From Leptospira sp. (GTDB taxonomy: Bacteria > Spirochaetota > Leptospiria > Leptospirales > Leptospiraceae): a stretch of DNA of 64,000 bases. Shown piece after piece: positions 1 through 8,903 of this stretch. Numbering within the stretch: position 1 is the stretch's first letter; every line of letters starts with the position of its first letter. Location: positions 96,001 to 160,000 of the forward strand of contig JAWXAQ010000015.1 in the NCBI GenBank assembly GCA_034439575.1. The letters are read 5' to 3'. A model generated the notes under the pieces. It worked only from the letters and a program-made list of their open reading frames with translations. It was not told the DNA's origin and did not search any database. The position numbers and the translations under genes were made by a program.

Positions 1-854
1 TACGGAGGAACAAAGAAATCTTCGTAATATTTGATCAAAGATTCAGAAACTGATTTATTATTTTTTATATCGTACATATGTCGTAAGGTGGAACCTTTCG
101 AACGATTGTCCAATTTATTCGGACCCATTCTATTCTCTAAATGAGACTGCAACACAAATCTGACTTCTAAAGTGAATCTTGCCAATCCTGAATGATTTGG
201 TGATGTCCCATGTAAATGGTGTGATGAAAAAATATTGAGTTCACCTTCATCCCCATGAATATCTATCACATTCGTTTCATCTGGATTATAATTTGGTGAA
301 GGAAAAATCCTGATCTTACCAGGTGGTGTATGATTCGATTGAAACCCACCTAACAACAGCCATTCGTTATAATCAAAGGTATGTGAATTATTAGGTATAG
401 GTTGATTGAAATATTCTTGATAGATCCGAAATCCAGAACCTTTTGCCACCGAATAAATCGGAATCCATAGATTTATTTGGCATTGAGGATTGGCGTACCA
501 AGGGTCTCTATGAATGTAAGCTACAGATTTTGCATTTGTATTTTCATGAAATTTATCTGGAACACATCGAATACGAATAACATCCATAAAAATTTCATCT
601 TTATCGATACCGATATCCGACCAAATCGGAAGAAAGGATTCAAAAAAAATCCCTCTTTCTTTGATTTCTTCGCGTAACTCGTGCATTCTTTTTAATAATT
701 CTTCTGAGCTTAAGTTAGCGACAACAGCTCTCGGATCACCTTCAGGAAAATAAAATTCTACTTTTTTTTGAATTAATTTTAAATATCCAGGTAAACTAGA
801 GGGTTTTATGCCAGATCCAATATGACCATCTAACAATTGTTTCAAAGACAACAT
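1..854 (-). CDS. 2OG-Fe(II)/phytanoyl-CoA dioxygenase-like protein (partial, 3' end runs off the window)
   Basis: Not in the ORF track. Manual translation from ATG 854 is open to position 1 (MLSLKQLLDGH...). It has an HxD motif (YIHRDPWY) and a distal His (HHLHGTSPN...RFTLEVRF). Confidence 0.65.
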   Translation of the reverse strand, partial: MLSLKQLLDGHIGSGIKPSSLPGYLKLIQKKVEFYFPEGDPRAVVANLSSEELLKRMHELREEIKERGIFFESFLPIWSDIGIDKDEIFMDVIRIRCVPDKFHENTNAKSVAYIHRDPWYANPQCQINLWIPIYSVAKGSGFRIYQEYFNQPIPNNSHTFDYNEWLLLGGFQSNHTPPGKIRIFPSPNYNPDETNVIDIHGDEGELNIFSSHHLHGTSPNHSGLARFTLEVRFVLQSHLENRMGPNKLDNRSKGSTLRHMYDIKNNKSVSESLIKYYEDFFVPP

Positions 855-867
855 CAAACTTATTTAT

Positions 868-1128
868 CTAAGATTTTTCCACTTTAGTTATGGCATCTCT
901 TAGTTCCATAGCACTCATATATAAATTGGCGTAGGTATTTAATTGGTTCGTCGCATCTTGCAAACCAGCTTTGAATAATAATCCATTTTCCATATGTTCC
1001 CTAAAAACAGTAAGTGGATTTTCCAATTCCATTTCATTCAATGTTTTTAAAAAAGAAGAATGCATCTCTTTCATTTCTGAAAGTTCTGTGGGGATTTTCC
1101 ATCCGTTACTTAGGCGACTACTCATCAA
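868..1128 (-). CDS. hypothetical protein
   Basis: 86-aa ORF co-oriented with its neighbours, helical composition. Confidence 0.6.
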   Translation of the reverse strand: MMSSRLSNGWKIPTELSEMKEMHSSFLKTLNEMELENPLTVFREHMENGLLFKAGLQDATNQLNTYANLYMSAMELRDAITKVEKS

Positions 1129-1218
1129 TCTAATGTGGAGTGTATTATTTCTGAAATCAATCCGTATTTTTTTTAAAGGTTATGTTAGGTACGTATTGCA
1201 CCTAACATAATAAGGAAT

Positions 1219-1980
1219 CTATCTACCTTCGACTTCCAGAATCTTTGTGGTCTTAACTAAGATTCTAGTCACAATGTAAAATACTACACCAAACCCAAAA
1301 AAGGCGGAATGAAACGTTTTCCAAATGCCTAAAATACTACTCACATGTAGATATGGTTCTTGGAAATAAACTTGTACTAAGTCAAAAAATGTAAATACAA
1401 CTATAATGCCAAATAAACTAGGATATTCGCGTTTTAAAATATTCTTAAATGAAAACGCTAGAGCGGGTTTGACATAACCTTTCAATTTTGGAATGAATGC
1501 TGGTGTTTTGTCTGCCCATTTCAAATATTCTGAACCAAATTTTCCGCGAAGAAAAAACTCTTCCGTAAAAATAATACGCTCATAGTATAGATAAAAAAAC
1601 ATAATATAAACAAGTGTAAACGGCAGATCACGAAGGATAAGGACAGGGCCGAGATACATCAAAAAATTTCCGACATATAAGGGATGACGCACTAGAGAGT
1701 AAATTCCCGTCTGATTCACAAGATCAGCTATCTGTTGTTTTGTGTTCCTACCTGATGTTCTTGCAGGAGTATAACCTATCGTAAAACAACGTACCGCAAG
1801 ACCCAATAAACTTACAGAAAATGCAAATCCCAACCAATAAAGATTGAGTTTGTAAATATTTCCAATAAATGGGACATAGGGAAGGTAAATTAAGGAAAAG
1901 GCGAGCACGAGACCTGGGATATATGAGCGCCATCTGAAAAGGAAATTGCCTTGTTGGTTGAGTTCTTCTATGAGTGCCAT
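1219..1980 (-). CDS. lmtA: lipid A phosphate O-methyltransferase (ICMT/PEMT-family membrane methyltransferase)
   Basis: TGIYSLVRHPLYVGN and EEFFLRGKFG ICMT motifs, several TM helices; N-terminus MALIEE..QGNFLFRWRSYIPG resembles Leptospira LmtA as recalled. Confidence 0.8.
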   Translation of the reverse strand: MALIEELNQQGNFLFRWRSYIPGLVLAFSLIYLPYVPFIGNIYKLNLYWLGFAFSVSLLGLAVRCFTIGYTPARTSGRNTKQQIADLVNQTGIYSLVRHPLYVGNFLMYLGPVLILRDLPFTLVYIMFFYLYYERIIFTEEFFLRGKFGSEYLKWADKTPAFIPKLKGYVKPALAFSFKNILKREYPSLFGIIVVFTFFDLVQVYFQEPYLHVSSILGIWKTFHSAFFGFGVVFYIVTRILVKTTKILEVEGR

Positions 1981-2027
1981 GTTAAAACGTACTTGATTCC
2001 TTTCTAGAAACCAATAGCTTTCGTTCT

Positions 2028-3284
2028 ATGTCAATCAAATCCTTTATCCCAGCTAAGTTCAATCTCCCCGTTCTTTGGTTCACAGACCTGACCTTGCCAC
2101 TACTTTTAAAGATGATACACAATTTAGATTCTGTAGATGTTTCCTTAGAAGATAAAAAACTCTTAAAATCCTATCAAAAAGAAAGATTAATTTATATTTC
2201 TAATCATCCAACCACCAAAGAACCTCCAGTCGCATACAACTCTGCCAACTTAATGAATTCTAGATTTTATTATATGGCAGCAAGGGAAGTTTTTGAATGG
2301 GGTGCAGGATTTGTTGGAGAATTTATCCAATCGATTGGAGCATTTTCTGTGTTAGCTGGAGCACCTGATCGCGAATCCTTAAAAGCCGCAAGGGAAATCC
2401 TTGCAAGTCCCGAAGGCAAACTAGTGCTATTTCCAGAAGGGGAACCAACAAGCGGTATGAATGATACACTTTTACCTTTCCAACCTGGAGTGGCACAGCT
2501 CGGATTTTGGGGATTAGAAGATGCCAAAAAAATTGATCCCGATGCAAAGATCAGCGTTGTATTAACATACGTTAAGTATAGAATGACCTCTTCACTTGAA
2601 TCTATGAGACGAGATATTGACCAGAGTTTAACTAGAATGGAAGAGAAACTAGGAATCTCAAAGGTCGGAAAAGATATCATCCATAGATTTCTATCTGTCG
2701 GCAAAAGAATGATCGAGAGAGAAGAAAGAGAATATGGCATTCATGTTGAACCAGACAAAATAGATGATTTTGATTATAGATTAGGGAGAATGCGACATGC
2801 GATGCTTGATAATATTGCCACCAAGGCAAATATTCCAAATTGGGACAAAGATACCAACGCCATTGAAAAATTAAGAAAAATACTTACAACTCTCGAACTA
2901 GTGACAATTGGTGCCGCTGATCCCAAAGGAGAACTTCCGAGTTTAGAAATGGCAACATGGGCAAGAAAAGCCGCTGCAAAAGCCTATGAATACATAACTA
3001 TACAAACTAGTTATATCAAAGAACTTCCATCTGCAGAAAGATTATATGAATTTTTGTATCGGTATGAAACAGAACTTTTTGGGGAAACAAGAAACCGACC
3101 TCACAAAGCGGTAGTTAGGATAGCAAAACCATTCTTAATCAATGATTTTTATGATAGTTACAAATCTGACAAGAGAAAAACAGTGAGCGACTTAACTGAT
3201 AAATTAAAATCAGAGATGGAAAGTTTGTTAAACGATGAAATAAAAAAATCCATCCCCCTATTCCCTTCAAACTATATCTTTTGA
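2028..3284 (+). CDS. glycerophospholipid acyltransferase (PlsC-like)
   Basis: SNHPT block I, FYYMAARE, LFPEGE block III. Confidence 0.8.
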   Translation: MSIKSFIPAKFNLPVLWFTDLTLPLLLKMIHNLDSVDVSLEDKKLLKSYQKERLIYISNHPTTKEPPVAYNSANLMNSRFYYMAAREVFEWGAGFVGEFIQSIGAFSVLAGAPDRESLKAAREILASPEGKLVLFPEGEPTSGMNDTLLPFQPGVAQLGFWGLEDAKKIDPDAKISVVLTYVKYRMTSSLESMRRDIDQSLTRMEEKLGISKVGKDIIHRFLSVGKRMIEREEREYGIHVEPDKIDDFDYRLGRMRHAMLDNIATKANIPNWDKDTNAIEKLRKILTTLELVTIGAADPKGELPSLEMATWARKAAAKAYEYITIQTSYIKELPSAERLYEFLYRYETELFGETRNRPHKAVVRIAKPFLINDFYDSYKSDKRKTVSDLTDKLKSEMESLLNDEIKKSIPLFPSNYIF

Positions 3285-3931
3285 TGGAAAACTTAACAAA
3301 AGACATGATCCAATCAAAATTGAAAAGAGGGGAGGATTTTCATTTTCGAAAGTACGGTCCTTCGCAGGAATTTGATGAAGAGCTCATTTTACTTTTAAAT
3401 GAGCTCTCGGATCATTATGGCATGAATGATTTCGGATCAGTATTTTATACCATTGTCAAAGATCTTATTCTAAACGGCTTCAAAGCAAATTTCAAGAGAG
3501 TATTCTTTTTGGAAAATGCATTGGATATAGAATCACCGAGCGATTATGAATTGGGCGTTCGTATGTATAAAAGTTTTATTCTTTCTGGCAAAAGTAAAAC
3601 TTATACTGATATAGCTGCTGGGAAAAATTTTTATGTTGATACATTGATCACGCATAACAATAACGAAATGATGGTGGTAGTCACAAATAACCACAAATTA
3701 ACTTTAGCGGAAATGCAAAAAATCAAAAATTCCCTCCTGCATGCACAGAATTATAATGATATAATGGAATATTATATTGAACGCGGTGATAGTTCTGAGG
3801 GAGAAGGAATAGGTATCGCCCTTTGCGTGATTCTTTTAAAAGGTGAAAATATACCTACCCAAAATTTTAAAATCACAAGCAATAACAAGGAAACCACCGC
3901 TTCCATTACAATTCCCTTAAAGAAAAAGTAG
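3281..3931 (+). CDS. hypothetical protein with HATPase-like C-terminus
   Basis: DLILNGFKAN (N-box-like) and GEGIGIAL (G2-box-like); no His-phosphoacceptor domain. Confidence 0.55.
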   Translation: MMENLTKDMIQSKLKRGEDFHFRKYGPSQEFDEELILLLNELSDHYGMNDFGSVFYTIVKDLILNGFKANFKRVFFLENALDIESPSDYELGVRMYKSFILSGKSKTYTDIAAGKNFYVDTLITHNNNEMMVVVTNNHKLTLAEMQKIKNSLLHAQNYNDIMEYYIERGDSSEGEGIGIALCVILLKGENIPTQNFKITSNNKETTASITIPLKKK

Positions 3932-3966
3932 CCAATCTACAACTTTTAAAAAACCTGGAAATTGAT

Positions 3967-4608
3967 ATGAGTTTGAACTCTACAAAAATCTCGGCAAGTG
4001 AATCAAATTTGACTCAGTTTTTATATGATATTTGCAATGATGTTAAATTACATTCACTTTGGTTAAACACACTTTCTTTACTAGAACATATAGGTTCTCG
4101 TAAAATTCTATTAACCCAATCCAACGAAAATACTTCCGAAATGATTTTAAGGCATGCAACAGAAGAAGCGCGTCATGCCTTATTCTTCAAGAAGGCGGCA
4201 CGAACGATTAACTCAGATTTCAAATCTGGTTATCACAACAATGAATTATTAAAAGGTAATTCCGCTAAAATATATTTTGCAAAGCTTGATGCCAGTGTCA
4301 GAAGAAATTTAAGAAAGGATTTATTTTCAGATTCTGATTTTACCTATCTTGCATATTTGTATACGACTACCATCATCGAAAAGCGAGCCATGATAGTTTA
4401 TGAACTATATAATCAGATACTGCTTGAAAAAGAATTCGACTTCAACCTAACAAATCTTATACTGGAAGAAGACGGACATTTGAATGAAATGTCTTCTGAA
4501 TTGATTAAAATTGATTCAAAATTTGAGTTCAGACTTTCTGAGCTTATCAATATGGAACAAAAATTATTCGATAAATTTTTTACTCAGTTGTCATTAATAG
4601 CTGCTTAA
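3967..4608 (+). CDS. ferritin-like di-iron domain protein
   Basis: Paired ExxH motifs (EEARH, EEDGH) with upstream Glu helices. Confidence 0.65.
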   Translation: MSLNSTKISASESNLTQFLYDICNDVKLHSLWLNTLSLLEHIGSRKILLTQSNENTSEMILRHATEEARHALFFKKAARTINSDFKSGYHNNELLKGNSAKIYFAKLDASVRRNLRKDLFSDSDFTYLAYLYTTTIIEKRAMIVYELYNQILLEKEFDFNLTNLILEEDGHLNEMSSELIKIDSKFEFRLSELINMEQKLFDKFFTQLSLIAA

Positions 4609-5548
4609 GATCAAAGAACTTCCAATATTCCCAAGCGTAATAAGAGACCTGAATTGTTTGATCAAATGGTTTAATATAAATTGCTTTTTTACCGCCTGGG
4701 ATTCCACCAATATCATAAACAGTCATAATCTTAGTTTCAGCATTTGCATTTTTATAATGCACTGTTAGCGATTGACTTTGCGGAAAATTATTTTCCTTGT
4801 ATGAAACTGAATTTTTAACAGCCATATCTCCAGACCATGAAGTTAATCTCAAAATAAATTCCCTTATCCGTTTAGGGTTAACCTCGCCATTTAACTCTGG
4901 ATATGTGAACCATTTCTCTTCTTCCTTCCATAGAGAATATTTTACGATTCCATCTTGTGAATATTCAATCCTTTCTATAGAATTTTCATTTAAATTAGAA
5001 AATGGGGAAAGAGTCAAAATTTCAAACTCGGAAATTTTCTTTAATTCATTGATTATGGAATACGGAATCGGATAAACTGAGTTTGAATCAATTTCTTTGA
5101 CTAAACATTCTGTATTTAATTGCAAACATTTTCCAAATTGCAATGTGATCGCATTTTCATCTTCTATGTAAATAGAAAGAGTCCACTGGGATTCTCCCCA
5201 AAACATTTTTTCATCTATTCGCATTTTATCGAATTCAAATTTATGAATATAATCCAAAATAGTTAAAAATTGGAATAGTTTGACCCGATCTGGAATCTTT
5301 TGGATTGAATCATCTTCAGATTTTAAGTACCAGGCGAAGCCTTCTCTCCATATTGATATTTTATTTTGTTTGCTACCCGATACATTAGTTATTTCTAATT
5401 TTTTAATTTGATCTATATTTGCTTTAATAAATTTTGGTGCATCTTCATATGATTTTGGGAAAAAAGAAAACGGATCTTGCAAAAATCCATAAGTTATTAG
5501 CAAAAACAAATTAAGCCAAAATAAAATTTGATTTCTTTTTTTCATCAA
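4580..5548 (-). CDS. DUF4340-like membrane-anchored protein
   Basis: N-terminal TM helix, two repeated domains, last gene of a Gld-like ABC operon. Confidence 0.6.
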   Translation of the reverse strand: MMKKRNQILFWLNLFLLITYGFLQDPFSFFPKSYEDAPKFIKANIDQIKKLEITNVSGSKQNKISIWREGFAWYLKSEDDSIQKIPDRVKLFQFLTILDYIHKFEFDKMRIDEKMFWGESQWTLSIYIEDENAITLQFGKCLQLNTECLVKEIDSNSVYPIPYSIINELKKISEFEILTLSPFSNLNENSIERIEYSQDGIVKYSLWKEEEKWFTYPELNGEVNPKRIREFILRLTSWSGDMAVKNSVSYKENNFPQSQSLTVHYKNANAETKIMTVYDIGGIPGGKKAIYIKPFDQTIQVSYYAWEYWKFFDLKQLLMTTE

Positions 5549-7140
5549 TTGACCCTGGAATATCGGAAATAAATTCTACGCATCGCAAATACGATCAAAA
5601 AGAAAGGAATGACAAGTGTATTAAAAAAAGAATAAAAGTTTCGTTCCCGATTTGAAAATGATTTTAATGGAAATACTGCTGATTTTTTAGTACGTGAATT
5701 CATAAATTCTTTATCATCTAACATATAATCTATGAGATTTAATAAAAACGAAACATTCGAATTTTTATATACGTTTCTAAATTCAGGCAAAGATAAAATA
5801 TCTGACATGAAATGCGCAGATGATAAAACAAATATTTTTGAGTCAAATTTTGAAGTTATATCTGATAGATAAGAATATATTTTTCCTGATGCCAATATTC
5901 CAACGCTTGCCCTATTTCTATTTACCTCGTCTTCTTTGAATTTTTGATTCACATCGAGACTAAACACATTGTTTTTTTTCCAATTCTGAACATCAGTGGA
6001 TAGTATGATTTCATACTTAAAATTCTTTTGTTTCGAATGATCAATGTTAACTGATGATACCCAAGGCAGTATCAATAACTCAGTATTTTCTGTCAGAAAA
6101 TGATTCTCGTGAAGATTTCCTTCCGATTTGTAAAAGTATTGCCAAAGTGGATAATATTGTTTTTGTAAATTGGAAACTTTGGACAATGAAACAGGATGTT
6201 CAAAATCAAAAAGTAAATTCGTAGCAAAATCAAATCCATAGTTTTTTAATATTTCTGACCAACTTTGATAGCCCGCATTTGGATAAGCTAAATTTTGTCC
6301 TACAAAACTCAATCCATCCTTATCTCTAACAGGCGAAAGATTCAATTGCATGGAAGACAATAAAAAAATTACATTTCCTCCACGAAAGATAAATGCATCT
6401 AACTTTGATTTAGCAGTTTCATTCCATTCAGGCGAACCGACAATTAACAAAACCTGGACTACATCAGGAATCGAACTTTCATTCAGCGAGACAATATATG
6501 GTTTTCCATATTCCTCCACAAAAGCTTGATGATAAAACACCCCCCAAGTCGAAATTCCAGATCCTTCACCAGGTATGGGTACCGCAAAAGTTCCTGGATC
6601 ACTTACGATACCAACTCTTTGCGTTTTTTTCTTTTGATCAATTCGCCTGAGTGCTCTTAATAATTTGGTTTCAGCTTCCTCTACAAAAAAGTAATCGGAT
6701 ATCACTTCCTGACTAGATTCATATTTAATCACGATTCCCATAAAAGCTTCTTGGTAGGATTTTGAAGTTTCAGAAGCCTCGTGAATTTCGTTAGGTGTTA
6801 ATCCAGCATCGATTGCTTTTTTTCTAATTTCTATGGACGAAGATGGATCTAAAAATTTGATTTTAATATAGTACGAATTTTGTTTTTGAACTTCAAATAA
6901 AAATTCACGTATCAATTCCAATCTGATATTGTATTCGATAGGCAAATCAGATGAATAATATGCCTCAATTAACAATGGTTCTTTTATTTTTTTAATTCTA
7001 TTTTGTGCGCTCTCCGACAAGGTCAATCGTTCGGATTGAGAAATATCCATTCGACAGATAAAATGATTCATTACTAAATTCGAAAAAATGAAAAATACAA
7101 TGATTTGAAATTTGAGTATATTGAATCCAGAAATTTTCAT
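5545..7140 (-). CDS. GldG-family ABC transporter auxiliary protein
   Basis: RMDISQSERLTLS, IEAYYSSDLP and NLIDYMLDD motifs; N- and C-terminal TM helices. Confidence 0.8.
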   Translation of the reverse strand: MKISGFNILKFQIIVFFIFSNLVMNHFICRMDISQSERLTLSESAQNRIKKIKEPLLIEAYYSSDLPIEYNIRLELIREFLFEVQKQNSYYIKIKFLDPSSSIEIRKKAIDAGLTPNEIHEASETSKSYQEAFMGIVIKYESSQEVISDYFFVEEAETKLLRALRRIDQKKKTQRVGIVSDPGTFAVPIPGEGSGISTWGVFYHQAFVEEYGKPYIVSLNESSIPDVVQVLLIVGSPEWNETAKSKLDAFIFRGGNVIFLLSSMQLNLSPVRDKDGLSFVGQNLAYPNAGYQSWSEILKNYGFDFATNLLFDFEHPVSLSKVSNLQKQYYPLWQYFYKSEGNLHENHFLTENTELLILPWVSSVNIDHSKQKNFKYEIILSTDVQNWKKNNVFSLDVNQKFKEDEVNRNRASVGILASGKIYSYLSDITSKFDSKIFVLSSAHFMSDILSLPEFRNVYKNSNVSFLLNLIDYMLDDKEFMNSRTKKSAVFPLKSFSNRERNFYSFFNTLVIPFFLIVFAMRRIYFRYSRVN

Positions 7141-7871
7141 CTTTTTCCTTTTAATGCAAAAGTAGCAAAAGTCAAAAAAAGAATATTTACTGAAAAGAAA
7201 AAATAAAAATCTCTTATATCAATGATTCCTAAATAAAATGATTCGAAATGTTTTGGTATAGAAAAAATACTAATGAATTGAAAAATGTTTTCCCCGATAA
7301 CATCGATTAATTTTTGTAAACCGAAGAGATAAAATACAGATATGACAAAAAAGCTAATGATAAAAGCTCCAATTTGCGAATTCACATAGATAGAAACATA
7401 AATAACAATGCTTAAAAAAGTTAAGCCCAATAAGTAAACGCCCATATAACCCGAAAGAATTAGACCGAAATCGGGATTTCCAAAAATAAGAGTTGTTAGT
7501 GGTAATAAAAGCGTACTAAACAAACAAATAATTAAATATATAGCGGAGGCAAAAAACTTTCCTAGAATGATTTCCCAATCTTGAAATGGTAAGGTAAATA
7601 AAATTTCCCAAGTGCCGGCTTCTTTTTCTTCCGCCCAGATTTTCATGCCCATTGCAGGAACTAATATTAACAATAGATAAGGTGTGATCGTAAAGAAAAA
7701 ACCTAAATCAGAACTTTTTCTGTCCCAAAAAGAATTCCCCGATGCTCCGAAAAAAAATATCATACTTTCAACAAACATAAATAATACGATAAAAGTATAT
7801 CCTAAAGCCGTATTGAACATTAAAGTAAATTCTCTTTTAAAAAGAGCTAAGATTCTTGTATATGCTTGCAC
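7137..7871 (-). CDS. ABC-2 permease (GldF-like)
   Basis: WAEEKEAGTWEILFTLP, IILGKF, six TM helices. Confidence 0.85.
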   Translation of the reverse strand: MQAYTRILALFKREFTLMFNTALGYTFIVLFMFVESMIFFFGASGNSFWDRKSSDLGFFFTITPYLLLILVPAMGMKIWAEEKEAGTWEILFTLPFQDWEIILGKFFASAIYLIICLFSTLLLPLTTLIFGNPDFGLILSGYMGVYLLGLTFLSIVIYVSIYVNSQIGAFIISFFVISVFYLFGLQKLIDVIGENIFQFISIFSIPKHFESFYLGIIDIRDFYFFFSVNILFLTFATFALKGKR

Positions 7872-8806
7872 TAGTTTCCTGTAATTGAGTTAAAAATAGT
7901 TTTCAAAGATGCTTCTGATCTTCGTAATTCCCGAAGGGGTATTTTTTTTTCGGAAAAAATAAAATATAAGTCTTCTGGTTTTTTATCTTCTAAGGATATT
8001 TCATACTCATAAAAATTTGATTCTAATTTTTTTATAAATGAAAATTTACCTATCCCAATATCAGACATTAGCTGAGAAAATTTTGGCTCATCCATTTGCA
8101 CTTGGACAAATATTTTATCTAAGAGTCGTAATTTATGAACAGAATTGTTTGCTACCATTTTACCTTGGGATAAAATAATTACATCTTCACAAATTTCCTC
8201 AACTTCATCCAAACTATGAGTTGATATGAGGACAGTTCGTTCTCTGCTTAGGGTTTTTATCAGCTGACGAATTTGAGTCATTTGGTTTGGATCAAGACCG
8301 TAACTTGGTTCATCCAGTATAAGGTATTGTGGTTCACCGATGAGAACACTGGCAAGGGCTACTCTTTGTTTGAATCCTTTGGACAAAGTGCCAATGACCA
8401 TATTTCGAGAATTTCCTAAATTCAATTCGTCCATGACACGAAAAATGGCCCTCTCACGTAGAGATTTGGGAATGCATCTGATTTGAGCATAAAAATCCAA
8501 ATTTTCTTTCACAGTTAGATCTTTGTAAGTAGGTCCATTTTCTGGCAAATATCCGATCTTTTCTCGAATTTCCACAGGGAAATCCCTCAATTCTTGACCT
8601 TGGATATTGATATAGCCAGAAGTTGCCCGCGAATAACCCGATAACAAACGCATGGTTGTCGTTTTTCCAGCTCCATTCGGACCTAAAAGTGCAGTCAAAC
8701 GACCAGGCAAAAGTTCAAAATTGAGACCAGAAACAGCCAATTTACCTGGAAATTGTTTACTGAGGTTCACTGCCTTCATGAAATTAAAAAGCTTTCTCTC
8801 CTTCAA
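7871..8806 (-). CDS. ABC transporter ATP-binding protein (GldA-like); start may be ATG 8779
   Basis: Walker A GPNGAGKTT, signature LSKGFKQR, Walker B ILDEP. Confidence 0.92.
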   Translation of the reverse strand: MKERKLFNFMKAVNLSKQFPGKLAVSGLNFELLPGRLTALLGPNGAGKTTTMRLLSGYSRATSGYINIQGQELRDFPVEIREKIGYLPENGPTYKDLTVKENLDFYAQIRCIPKSLRERAIFRVMDELNLGNSRNMVIGTLSKGFKQRVALASVLIGEPQYLILDEPSYGLDPNQMTQIRQLIKTLSRERTVLISTHSLDEVEEICEDVIILSQGKMVANNSVHKLRLLDKIFVQVQMDEPKFSQLMSDIGIGKFSFIKKLESNFYEYEISLEDKKPEDLYFIFSEKKIPLRELRRSEASLKTIFNSITGN

Positions 8807-8903
8807 AATCCAACAATAAAAAATGGCTTGCGAAAAAACTCATGCGAGCCATTTTTCCTCCATAATTCATGAGACATAATTCCATGATTGGAACATACCC
8901 AGA

